Below are positions 50,227-59,115 of a stretch of DNA of 64,000 nt, piece by piece (within the stretch, counting starts at the first letter, position 1; every line of letters starts with the position of its first letter). This DNA is from Candidatus Flexifilum breve. Lineage in GTDB: Bacteria; Chloroflexota; Anaerolineae; Aggregatilineales; Phototrophicaceae. The notes beneath the pieces are model-generated. The model was not told the DNA's origin, ran no database searches, and saw nothing but the letters and a program-made list of their open reading frames with translations. Location of the stretch: the NCBI GenBank assembly GCA_016717205.1, contig JADKGC010000011.1:217953-281952 (forward strand). The letters run 5' to 3'. The position numbers and the translations under genes are program-made.

Positions 50227-51507
50227 ATGATGGACAGACAAATTATGCAAACTGACGCCCTCTACCACCTCTCGCCGGTGTGGTCGCACCTGACCACGTT
50301 CCAACCCGTGCGCGGCGCAGGGATTTACCTCTACGACGCGGGCGGCAAACGCCTCATGGACTTCACCAGCGGCATCGGCGTGACCAACACCGGGCACGCG
50401 CATCCCAAGGTCGCGCAGGCGATTCAGGCGCAGGCCGCCAACCTGATTCACGGGCAGATCAACATCGTCGTGTCGCCCGCTGCCATCGAACTGAGCCATT
50501 TGCTCAACGAGATCACGCCGCCGGAGATCGACTGCTTCTTCCTGTCGAACAGCGGCGCGGAAGCGACCGAAGGCGCGGTCAAGCTGGCACGGCACGCCAC
50601 TAAACGCCAGAACATCATCGTGTTTCAGGGCAGCTTCCATGGGCGCACCGCGCAGACGATGGCCATGACCACCAGCAAAACGGGCTATCGCCTCGGCTAT
50701 CAACCGCTTCCCGGTGGCATCTTCGTCACGCCGTTCCCCTATGCCTATAAACTCGGCATGGACGAGGAACAGGCCGTCGATTACGCGCTCGATCAACTGC
50801 ACTATCTGCTCAAAGCACAGACCGCGCCGGAAGAGACCGCCGCCATCGTGATTGAACCCGTGCTCGGCGAGGGCGGCTACGTCCCCGCGCCGAACCGCTT
50901 CCTGCAGGAGCTGCGCCAACTGTGCAGTGAAACCGGGATCATGCTGGTGATGGACGAGGTGCAGACTGGCTTCGGCCGCACGGGCAAAATGTTCGCGCTC
51001 GAACACTCCGCGGTGACGCCGGACATCATGATTATGGCGAAAGGCTTGGGCAGCGGCGTGCCGATCAGCGCGATTGGCGCGTCCCGCGCCTTGATGGAGC
51101 GCTGGCAGGTCGGCGCGCACGGCGGCACCTACGGCGGGAATGCGCTGGCGGCGGCAGCGGGCGTCGCAACGATCAACGTGATGCGCGACGAAAAGCTGCC
51201 CGAAAATGCGGCACGGCAGGGGGATCGCCTGATGGAGGGGCTCAAGGCGCTGCAAGCCGAATTCCCGATCATCGGGGATGTGCGCGGGCGCGGCCTGATG
51301 GTTGGCGTGGAGTTCACGCGTGACGGTCAACCCGACAAAGCGGCGACCAAAGCCGTGCAGACTGCGTGTTTGGAGCGCGATCTGCTGCTGCTGACATGCG
51401 GCACGTACGACAACATCATCCGCTGGATTCCGCCGCTGGTCGTCAACGCCGTGCAAATCGACGAAGCGGTGCAAATCTTTGCGGAAGCGCTGGGCACGGT
51501 CAAATAA
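50227..51507 (+). CDS. Class III aminotransferase (4-aminobutyrate/diamine type)
   Basis: DFTSGIGV, NSGAEA, FHGRT, EPVLGEGG, DEVQTGFGRTG, AKG. Confidence 0.93.
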   Translation: MMDRQIMQTDALYHLSPVWSHLTTFQPVRGAGIYLYDAGGKRLMDFTSGIGVTNTGHAHPKVAQAIQAQAANLIHGQINIVVSPAAIELSHLLNEITPPEIDCFFLSNSGAEATEGAVKLARHATKRQNIIVFQGSFHGRTAQTMAMTTSKTGYRLGYQPLPGGIFVTPFPYAYKLGMDEEQAVDYALDQLHYLLKAQTAPEETAAIVIEPVLGEGGYVPAPNRFLQELRQLCSETGIMLVMDEVQTGFGRTGKMFALEHSAVTPDIMIMAKGLGSGVPISAIGASRALMERWQVGAHGGTYGGNALAAAAGVATINVMRDEKLPENAARQGDRLMEGLKALQAEFPIIGDVRGRGLMVGVEFTRDGQPDKAATKAVQTACLERDLLLLTCGTYDNIIRWIPPLVVNAVQIDEAVQIFAEALGTVK

Positions 51508-51562
51508 AAGCAAGAAACGATTCAACGCAAAGGCGCGAAGACGCAAGGACGCCAAGGTCAAT

Positions 51563-51880
51563 GTAGGGACGGGGCGTGAGGGTGTTGAAAAAGGTCAGAG
51601 TCCGACCCCACCCCCGGCCCCTCCCCGAATTCAGGGTGGTGAGCCAACAGCGCTTGCCAAGCCGAATACGTCTTCGTAGGGACGCAATTATGCAGTTTAA
51701 CTAATGATCGCGGATATTGGCTGTAGGGGCGACCCTATGTGGTCGCCCATGAACGGGAGGGGACACTGCCCCTCCCCTACGTCCGGGATCTCCGTATTCA
51801 TAAGTTAAACTGCATCATTGCGTCCGCGGACGATGGCAAAGGCTTTCAGGGATGCTTTTTAGACACCCTCTGGCCCCGAC
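51563..51880. mobile_element. Nested REP/MITE/REP/MITE structure
   Basis: Outer TIRs 51579-51869, inner TIRs TGCAGTTTAACT 51691-51814, each inside a split REP. Confidence 0.72.
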
Positions 51881-51886
51881 CAGCCC

Positions 51887-52753
51887 TTAAACGGGTTCCG
51901 CTCGAACCTCACTCTGATTTAGAAATTCCAGCACGGCCGGCTGCGTGTTGATCAGCGCGTGCCCCGCGCCCGGCAGCCACTTGACCGCGAGGTTGGGGAC
52001 GTGCTGGCGCAGACGCGCTTCGATTTTCTCAAGATCGCGCATGATATCTTTCGTGCCGCCGACCAACAGAAGCGGCATAGTGAGGCGCTTTAACTCGTCG
52101 TCGGTGAAGAGCGGCAGCACGCCGAGGCGCGGTTTGAAATGGCGGCTGATCTCGACCACGATCTCGATGACGCCCGCTGGCACTGCTTGATCCCCGAACA
52201 GGTCGGCGGTCAGCCGCTTGAGTCCCCATGTCCCCAGCAGCGATAAGCCGATAGCCCGAAACAGGAACGAGGTACGATCCGGCACGATGCCGCCGGGAGT
52301 CAGCAGTACGAGTCGATCGACCCGTTCCGGCTGAGCGACCGCGAATTTGAGTGCGACCCACGCTCCCTGCGAAATGCCGACCAGCGTCGCGCGTTCGACT
52401 CCCAACCCATTCAGCACATCGGCGAGCCAGTCGGCGAACGCCGGGCCGTCCCACGGCGGACGATTTGGTGCGCTGCGGCCCGGTTCGCCGGGGAGATCGA
52501 CGGCATAGACGCGGTAGTCACGACTGTAGAGTGCGGCCTCACCCGCCCAGATCGCCGAGTTTGACCCTGCGCCGTGCAATAAAATCAGCGTAGGGGACGA
52601 GGCGGCGCCGCTGGCGATCACGAAGGCGTCGCCATGGCGCGTGCTGACCGTCTGCGTGGTCGACGGCGCTGACCAGGTCTTGAGTGCCGCCGTATAGATC
52701 GCCATAACCTCGCGCTCCCCTTCGGGCGTTTTGTAGAGGCTGAGGCTGTTCAT
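51887..52753 (-). CDS. Alpha/beta hydrolase (carboxylesterase-like)
   Basis: LLHGAG, GISQG, AGH. Confidence 0.9.
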   Translation of the reverse strand: MNSLSLYKTPEGEREVMAIYTAALKTWSAPSTTQTVSTRHGDAFVIASGAASSPTLILLHGAGSNSAIWAGEAALYSRDYRVYAVDLPGEPGRSAPNRPPWDGPAFADWLADVLNGLGVERATLVGISQGAWVALKFAVAQPERVDRLVLLTPGGIVPDRTSFLFRAIGLSLLGTWGLKRLTADLFGDQAVPAGVIEIVVEISRHFKPRLGVLPLFTDDELKRLTMPLLLVGGTKDIMRDLEKIEARLRQHVPNLAVKWLPGAGHALINTQPAVLEFLNQSEVRAEPV

Positions 52754-52757
52754 GGGG

Positions 52758-53267
52758 TTACCTTTCTAAGCTGTGCCGCAAAGTGCTCACCCAGTCGAGT
52801 TCCGACTGGTAAAACGACTGCCAGTGTTCGGCGATACGCCGCTGGAGTGGACTGCCGCCGTTCCGCTGTTCGCGTTCGCGCAGCATCAGCAGATAGACGC
52901 GCAGGTCTTCGGCGTAGCTCGTCAGCATCGCGCTGATCAGCTCCGGCTCAAACTGATCCGCCCACGTGAGCTTTTCCAACAGCGCGTGCTGAATTTGTGG
53001 GGGTTCTGGCGTTACGCCGATCCACGCGCGCAGCGCCGCGCGCCCCGCTTCGTTGATGGTATAGACTTTGCGCGGCGGTTTATTAGCCTGCTGCTGCACG
53101 TCGACGCTGACGAGGCCTTCGTCATGCAGTTCGACCAGCGCACGGTAAATCTGGTTGTTGTTGCCGGACCAGTGAAAGATCTCCGAAGCGGAGAATTTCT
53201 TCTTCAGGTCGTAGCCCGTCAGCGGTGTTTCGCTGAGAAAGCCCAGCAGGGCAAATTTGATCGACAT
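52758..53267 (-). CDS. PadR-family transcriptional regulator
   Basis: ALLGFL..PLTGYDLKK, QIYRAL, RKVYTINEAG. Confidence 0.93.
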   Translation of the reverse strand: MSIKFALLGFLSETPLTGYDLKKKFSASEIFHWSGNNNQIYRALVELHDEGLVSVDVQQQANKPPRKVYTINEAGRAALRAWIGVTPEPPQIQHALLEKLTWADQFEPELISAMLTSYAEDLRVYLLMLREREQRNGGSPLQRRIAEHWQSFYQSELDWVSTLRHSLER

Positions 53268-53297
53268 AGTCAGCCTTCCGTCATTTACGTTGCACGG

Positions 53298-53323
53298 AAC
53301 ATAGGTTACTGATAACCTATGTT
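53298..53323. promoter_or_regulatory. Perfect 11-bp inverted repeat, probable PadR operator
   Basis: AACATAGGTTA-ctga-TAACCTATGTT, 30 bp upstream of padR. Confidence 0.65.
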
Positions 53324-53422
53324 ATTATGATTCAATGGTACTTGTCAAGGGCGCGGCAGAACCCGGCGAGACAGGATAGAATAGGCATATTCAACCGGAG
53401 TACAGGCAAAGGATCTAGAGAC

Positions 53423-53722
53423 TTGGTCTTAGAAATGGCTGTCTTGAATGTGAAATCGGGTGAAGCAGAGGCCTTTGAAGCCGCGTTTGTGCAAGCTTCC
53501 CCGTTGATCGCCGGGTCGCCGGGGTACATCCGGCACGAACTCCAGCGCTGCGTCGAAACGCCGAATCGCTACCTGCTGCTGGTGTGGTGGGAAACGCTCG
53601 AAGCGCACACGGTCGGCTTCCGCGGGTCGCCCGCGTTTGAGCAGTGGCGCGCGCTGCTGCATCACTTCTACGATCCGCGCCCCGTGGTGGAGCACTACAC
53701 GAGCTGGTTCAGCAACCCGTAA
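53423..53722 (+). CDS. Antibiotic biosynthesis monooxygenase (ABM) family protein
   Basis: YLLLVWWETLEAHTVGFRGS, LLHHFYDP.P.VEHY; TTG start inferred. Confidence 0.88.
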   Translation: MVLEMAVLNVKSGEAEAFEAAFVQASPLIAGSPGYIRHELQRCVETPNRYLLLVWWETLEAHTVGFRGSPAFEQWRALLHHFYDPRPVVEHYTSWFSNP

Positions 53723-53727
53723 CGCCG

Positions 53728-54339
53728 ATGGCTCGATCCCCGATCACCGACCTGCCCGCCGATTACGTCGAGGTCCAGCACCTTGTGCTGACCGAACCGC
53801 GTCTGCTGTTCCGGCTGAATCTGCTCGGCCTCATCCCGCTGATCCTCGCGGTCGTGGCGATGGGCGTGTATGGGGCGTGGATCGCGCCGCTGCGCCCGTC
53901 GATTCCCCCGGAACGCGTGCCGCTGCCCGATGTGCTGATGATTGTGCTGGTCATTGTGATCACGCTGCCGCTGCATGAACTGATCCACGGGCTGGCCATC
54001 ACCTACGTGGGACACAAGCCGACCTACGGCATGAAGCTCGACAAAGGCGTGCTCTACGCGACCGCGGACCAGGCGCTGTTCCGCCGTGACGAGTACCTGA
54101 TGGTGGCGTTGGCGCCGCTGGTGGTGATCACGCTGGCGGCACTGCTCCTATTGTGGATCGTGCCGAATGGCTTGGTCTACTGGCTGTCGCTGGCGGTCGT
54201 GTTGAACGCTGGCGGGGCGATTGGCGATCTGTGGGCGGTCGGGGTGGTGTTACGCCATCCGCGCAGCGTCCTTGTGCGCGACGAGGCTGACGGCTTTCGC
54301 GTGTTTGGGTGCGCAGCCGAAAACAAACAGGGCGCCTGA
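53728..54339 (+). CDS. DUF3267 putative membrane zincin metalloprotease
   Basis: LHELIHG, ALAPLVVIT, NAGGAIGD. Confidence 0.88.
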   Translation: MARSPITDLPADYVEVQHLVLTEPRLLFRLNLLGLIPLILAVVAMGVYGAWIAPLRPSIPPERVPLPDVLMIVLVIVITLPLHELIHGLAITYVGHKPTYGMKLDKGVLYATADQALFRRDEYLMVALAPLVVITLAALLLLWIVPNGLVYWLSLAVVLNAGGAIGDLWAVGVVLRHPRSVLVRDEADGFRVFGCAAENKQGA

Positions 54340-54371
54340 GCGCGCCCTGTACGAATTTACTTCATGTTGCC

Positions 54372-55508
54372 CTAGACTTTGGGCAGTTCAAACCAGAAGA
54401 TCGAGCCGCCATCGGCGGGGAAATCCGCGCCGACCCGGCCACCCTGCGCCGCCGCCAGCGTCTTGACGATCCACAAGCCGAGTCCCGTGCTCGTTTCCTG
54501 CCCGGTGGGGCGCGGCGTCAGTCGACCAAACATCTCGAACAGGCGCTCGCGTTCGTCCGGCGGCACGCCTGGCCCCTGATCGGCGACCGAGACGCGCACG
54601 CAGTCGCTGCGCTCACCCGCGGAGATATGCACGGTCGTGTCCGCGGTGCTGAACTTGATCGCGTTGCTGACGAGGTTGTCCAGCATTTGTCCCAGCATCA
54701 TATTGTCGGCCAGCACGACGCAGTCGCACGATTCGGCGGTCAACTGGATGCCTTTGCGGTCAGCCGACGGGCCATGTTGATCGAGCGCGCGCCGCACGTG
54801 ATCGCCCGCGTTCAGCGGTTCGGGCTGAATGCGAAATTCGCCCTGATGATATTCGGTCGCGTCGAGGAAGCTGTGAATCATTTCCAGCATCGAATTAACC
54901 GCGACGTCCATGTTATCGAGCACGCCGTGCGCGTTGTCATTCTGGTTCCCCACGAGGTCACGCAGCATGTAGTGGCCGAGGCGCAGATTGGTGAGCGGCG
55001 CTTTGAGGTCATGTGTGACGATGCGATAGAAGTGGTTCTGGAATTCCTGCGTCTGATTGAGACGCGTGATCATCTCGTCTTTTTCGTCGTTCGCGCGTTT
55101 GAGCTGCACCTGCGTGCGCACACGCGCCAGCGTAATCTGGGTGTTGATCGGCTTGGAAATGAAATCGTTTGCACCCAGTTGCAAGCCCTGAACCACATCG
55201 CGCGTATCGCTGTGCGCGGATACGATGATGACGGGGAGACGGCGGGTCGCTTCCTGACGCCGGATGATTTCGAGGCAGGTAAACCCGTCCATGCGCGGCA
55301 TATTCACGTCGAGGAGCACGGTATCAACGGCCGTGTGCTCCAGCAATGCGAGCGCATCTTCACCATTGCTCGCCGTGAATAATTCATAGTCGGACATAAA
55401 CAGCCGCTTCATGAGCGCCAGCGTCGTGTAATCGTCATCCACGATCAGAAGCCGACCGGTGCGCTGGTGGTTTTCGGTGCGATCCAGGATCGATGTAGCA
55501 GGCAACAT
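54372..55508 (-). CDS. Hybrid receiver-histidine kinase
   Basis: LIVDD, LLDVNMP, KP; THDLKAPL, NLVSNAIKF, DQGPG, GLGL. Confidence 0.95.
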   Translation of the reverse strand: MLPATSILDRTENHQRTGRLLIVDDDYTTLALMKRLFMSDYELFTASNGEDALALLEHTAVDTVLLDVNMPRMDGFTCLEIIRRQEATRRLPVIIVSAHSDTRDVVQGLQLGANDFISKPINTQITLARVRTQVQLKRANDEKDEMITRLNQTQEFQNHFYRIVTHDLKAPLTNLRLGHYMLRDLVGNQNDNAHGVLDNMDVAVNSMLEMIHSFLDATEYHQGEFRIQPEPLNAGDHVRRALDQHGPSADRKGIQLTAESCDCVVLADNMMLGQMLDNLVSNAIKFSTADTTVHISAGERSDCVRVSVADQGPGVPPDERERLFEMFGRLTPRPTGQETSTGLGLWIVKTLAAAQGGRVGADFPADGGSIFWFELPKV

Positions 55509-55886
55509 ACGAACTCCAAAGTTCCGAGCGTATCTTTAGTCTACAACGATCACTTTTGCCAGAATCCTTGTCTTTCCTGAATTTTGCATAGACTTTAGGT
55601 ACTAATAATCAATTGTTAGAAACTATTTAAGAGCGACTTAGCGGGAGTGATCGCCTCAGACGGGGGCGCTTTCGGCGTGGGGTGCGTGAATGCCTGAATA
55701 TATATAGTGGATATGATCGCAAGCGCACACCGAAATCTGCTAGGAGTCGGTTCATAGCACTGCGCCATGCAACACAGGTTTTCTGCGCCAAAAATCCTGT
55801 TTTTACTCTGGATTGGCCAAAAGCATGTGATCCGTGAAAGCAAAAGATCATTTTAGCAACTAGCGTTACGGTCGTGTTGGCACAGG

Positions 55887-56036
55887 AGGACGAGGCCTGC
55901 CTCGTCCCTACGATTGAAAACCTACCCCTGTCAGCCCCGAATTCAGGGCGGGGAGACGAACAGTGTTTTCAAGACCCATCTCCACCCGGAAAGGGGATAT
56001 AGGGGTGAGTTTTGGTAGCCTCATGCCTTGTTCCCT
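55887..56036. repeat. REP plus degenerate palindromic repeat
   Basis: aggacgaggcctgcctcgtccctac; ccccgaattcaggg core; terminal catgccttgttccct. Confidence 0.65.
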
Positions 56037-56043
56037 GACCGCG

Positions 56044-56445
56044 CTACCCCCGGCTGATGCGCTGCCAGGTGAGGATGCGCGTGGTGCTGCCCATCTCCGC
56101 CCGCAAGATGAGCCGTTCGCCATCCCACTCGAAGCCGCGCACAAGGTCGGTGCCGATCCAACTGGGGAACGAACAGCCTTCGACGTGATGCGTGATGGTC
56201 TTGGTCGCTTCGTTAACGACATACGTGCCGTAGTAGCCGAGGTACTCGTTGAGCGCGGTTTCGAGACTGTTGAAGCTGCCGGAAACCGCGCGGTCGCTGC
56301 GCAGCAGATGCACTGACATGCGCCCATCGGCGGTGTAGAGCAGCAGGCCGGTCGGCTGTTCGCCACGTGGATGTTCAGTTTTCCCGCTCGGATAAATGCT
56401 GATTTGATCGAGCAGCCGGTACGCACCGACGATAGACATGGTCAA
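56044..56445 (-). CDS. Lipocalin-like domain protein
   Basis: GLLLYTADGRMS, YLGYYGTY, HHVEGC.FP.W.G. Confidence 0.88.
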   Translation of the reverse strand: MTMSIVGAYRLLDQISIYPSGKTEHPRGEQPTGLLLYTADGRMSVHLLRSDRAVSGSFNSLETALNEYLGYYGTYVVNEATKTITHHVEGCSFPSWIGTDLVRGFEWDGERLILRAEMGSTTRILTWQRISRG

Positions 56446-56495
56446 TCCCCCTAAGTACTCTCTGCGCTCAGTGCTTCACAAACGTCTCGCAACGC

Positions 56496-57578
56496 CTAAA
56501 ACAACATACCACGCCGGGAGTCCAGCGCGTCAATCACCTGTCGATCCGCTTTGCCGAACGAGTAGCGGCTCAATTCGCCGGGCAGCACCCATTTCCAGTC
56601 GCGTACGCCGAGCGCCTGCGGCTCACCGCTCACATAGCGGCAGGTGAAGGCATGCAGCGTGATGCGAAAATGCGTGAAACCGTGCTCCACACGGGTGAAC
56701 AGTTCCCCGACCTCGACCTCAATCGCCAGTTCCTCCCGCAGTTCACGCTGCAAGCAATCGGGCAGCGTTTCGCCGTCTTCCTGTTTGCCGCCGGGGAATT
56801 CCCAGAGCCCGCCCAACAACCCATCCAGCGGGCGCTGCGCGATCAGCAGTTCGCCCCGCTCATTCCAGATCATTCCGGCGGTGACGTCATAGTGCGGTGT
56901 GGGCGCTTTCGCCTTCTTGACCGGGCGCTCGTCCTGCGTGCCGCGTTGATACGCCAAGCAGTCGTCGCGGATCGGGCATGGGCCGCACAGCGGCTTCTTC
57001 GGCTTGCACACCAGCCGCCCCAAATCCATGAGCGCCTGATTGTAATCCCCGGCGCGCTGTTCGGGCAGCCACGCTTCCGCTTGATCCCACAGCTTGGCCT
57101 GCGTCGCCGTCTGCGTGACATCGTCCGGTAAGTCGAGCAGGCGGGCGTACACGCGGATCACATTACCGTCGAGCACGGGCGCCCGCACGCCGTAGGCAAT
57201 GCTGGCGATCGCGCCTGCCGTATAGCGCCCGATACCCGGCAGCGCCAGCAGCTCGTCGACGGTGCGCGGGAAGTCACCGCCCAGTGCGGCGACCGCCTGC
57301 GCGGCACGGTGCAGATTACGCGCTCGCGAATAATAGCCGAGGCCTTCCCACAATTTGAGCACATCGTCGAGCGGCGCGGCGGCGAGGTCGCTCACGGTCG
57401 GGTAGGCGCTGAGGAAGCGCTCGTAATACGGCTTGACCGTTTCGACCTGCGTCTGCTGGAGCATGATTTCGGACAGCCACACGCGGTAGGCGTCGTGCGA
57501 CGCGCGCCAGGGTAAATCGGCCGCTGTGCGCTCGTACCACGCGAGAAGCATGTCTACGAATCGATTAGTAGATTCCAT
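56496..57578 (-). CDS. mutY: A/G-specific adenine glycosylase with C-terminal NUDIX domain
   Basis: WLSEIMLQQTQV, WEGLGYYSRARN, HhH LPGIGRYTAGA, CxxxxxxCxxCxxxxxC, WEFPGGK..RELREE. Confidence 0.96.
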   Translation of the reverse strand: MESTNRFVDMLLAWYERTAADLPWRASHDAYRVWLSEIMLQQTQVETVKPYYERFLSAYPTVSDLAAAPLDDVLKLWEGLGYYSRARNLHRAAQAVAALGGDFPRTVDELLALPGIGRYTAGAIASIAYGVRAPVLDGNVIRVYARLLDLPDDVTQTATQAKLWDQAEAWLPEQRAGDYNQALMDLGRLVCKPKKPLCGPCPIRDDCLAYQRGTQDERPVKKAKAPTPHYDVTAGMIWNERGELLIAQRPLDGLLGGLWEFPGGKQEDGETLPDCLQRELREELAIEVEVGELFTRVEHGFTHFRITLHAFTCRYVSGEPQALGVRDWKWVLPGELSRYSFGKADRQVIDALDSRRGMLF

Positions 57579-57626
57579 AAATTACGCTAAACTCATGAAA
57601 TGTATATACGACGATGAGCAAAGGAG

Positions 57627-58100
57627 TTGATGATGATCAAGGAATTTCGTGAATTTATTATGCGGGGCAATGTACTCGACCTTGCCGTCGGTATCATTAT
57701 CGGCGCGGCCTTCACGGCGATTGTCGGCTCACTGGTTGCCGATCTCATCACGCCGATCATTGGGCTGATCACGGGCGGTGTCAACTTCACTGACCTGTTC
57801 ATCGTCCTCAAAGATGGGGCGACGGCGGCTGGGCCGTATGCGACGCTGGAAGCAGCGAAAACGGCAGGCGCGGTCACGCTCAATATTGGCGTGTTCCTCA
57901 ATGCGGTCATCAACTTCCTGATCGTGGCGTTCGTGCTGTTCATGATCATCCGCTCGGTCAATCGCCTCAAGTCCGGTCTGGACAAGCCGAAGGCCGCCGC
58001 TGCGGATGCCCCGCCCACGACCAAGGAATGCCCGTACTGCTACTCGACCGTGGCGATCAAGGCGACCCGCTGCCCCAACTGTACTTCGGAACTGAAATAG
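57627..58100 (+). CDS. mscL: Large-conductance mechanosensitive channel with C-terminal zinc ribbon
   Basis: [36 protein letters not shown]. Confidence 0.95.
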   Translation: MMMIKEFREFIMRGNVLDLAVGIIIGAAFTAIVGSLVADLITPIIGLITGGVNFTDLFIVLKDGATAAGPYATLEAAKTAGAVTLNIGVFLNAVINFLIVAFVLFMIIRSVNRLKSGLDKPKAAAADAPPTTKECPYCYSTVAIKATRCPNCTSELK

Positions 58101-58296
58101 TAAAACCGTGTTTTTACGCATCAGGGCAGACCACGAACTCTGCCCTGTGCGACCCTCGACTATGCCTTCATCCTTCCCCAACCTGTTAGCCCCCAATAAA
58201 ACAGGGATCCGCTCTGCCAGCGGGCGAGTTTCATCGCCTTTTTTGGTTCTGGCCTATAATGAACGGCATACATGTGAAACACGCCGGAGATAGGCC

Positions 58297-59103
58297 ATGG
58301 ATTTGCTAAAACGACTGTTCGGCGGAAGCACTTCGTCCGCCTCTTCTGGCAGTAAGCTCGACACCTTCACGATTCAATATCCGAATGGCAAAACTCCGGT
58401 CGCCGTGCGTGTGAAGCTGACCACGCCGGGAGCTCATATCGTCGAAAGTTTGAATCTCGCTCATCCCGTGCCGACCATCTTTATCAGCGGGGGCGCGGGT
58501 AACATGGATGTCAACGCCATGAGCCTGACGCGCACCACCATCGAAGATGGGCTGGCGCGCTTTTTACACGAGCATGGCATCAGCCTAATCGATGGCGGCA
58601 CCTCAACCGGCGTGATGTCGCTCATCGGTCTGGCGCGGCAGCGGCGCAACTACACCTTCCCGCTGATCGGCGTCGCGCCTGAAGCGGTCGTGTTTTACCC
58701 CGGCCACGAGCCGAAAAAGCGCCTCGCCGATCTTGATGCGTTTCACTCGCATTTTATCCTCACCGAAGGGGATGACTTCGGCGCGGAATCCGATACGATC
58801 GTGCACACGGCGCTGGCGCTCTCCGGCAATGGCGCGCAGAAGCTGCTCGGTTTCATCATCAACGGTGGCGAAATCGTACGCAATGAAGTGCATCGCGTGA
58901 CGCGCTATCATCCGGAAATCCCGCTGCTGGTGCTGGAAGGCAGCGGCCGCTTCGCCGATGAGCTGGCCTCCGCCAAAAAAGCGGGCACGAGTGACGATGT
59001 GAAGATCACGGAGATTTTGCGTGACGGCAATCTCCATTTCATTCCGATGAAGTCCGGCGCGGACATGCTGCGCCGCTGGCTAGAGAATTTTCATGGTATC
59101 TAG
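58297..59103 (+). CDS. SLOG-superfamily protein of the TRPM-related (LSDAT) type
   Basis: ISGGAG, IDGGTSTGVM, LIGVAP, HSHFIL...FGAES, NGG, EGSGRFAD; TATAAT at 58255-58260. Confidence 0.8.
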   Translation: MDLLKRLFGGSTSSASSGSKLDTFTIQYPNGKTPVAVRVKLTTPGAHIVESLNLAHPVPTIFISGGAGNMDVNAMSLTRTTIEDGLARFLHEHGISLIDGGTSTGVMSLIGLARQRRNYTFPLIGVAPEAVVFYPGHEPKKRLADLDAFHSHFILTEGDDFGAESDTIVHTALALSGNGAQKLLGFIINGGEIVRNEVHRVTRYHPEIPLLVLEGSGRFADELASAKKAGTSDDVKITEILRDGNLHFIPMKSGADMLRRWLENFHGI

Positions 59104-59115
59104 GAGCGTGTATCC

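Noticed and set aside
50092-51561. Long antisense ORFs (also 44890-46188, 25600-26904, 54309-55382, 10495-11571 and others)
   Set aside because: Shadow frames of GC-rich genes that have clear family motifs on the opposite strand.
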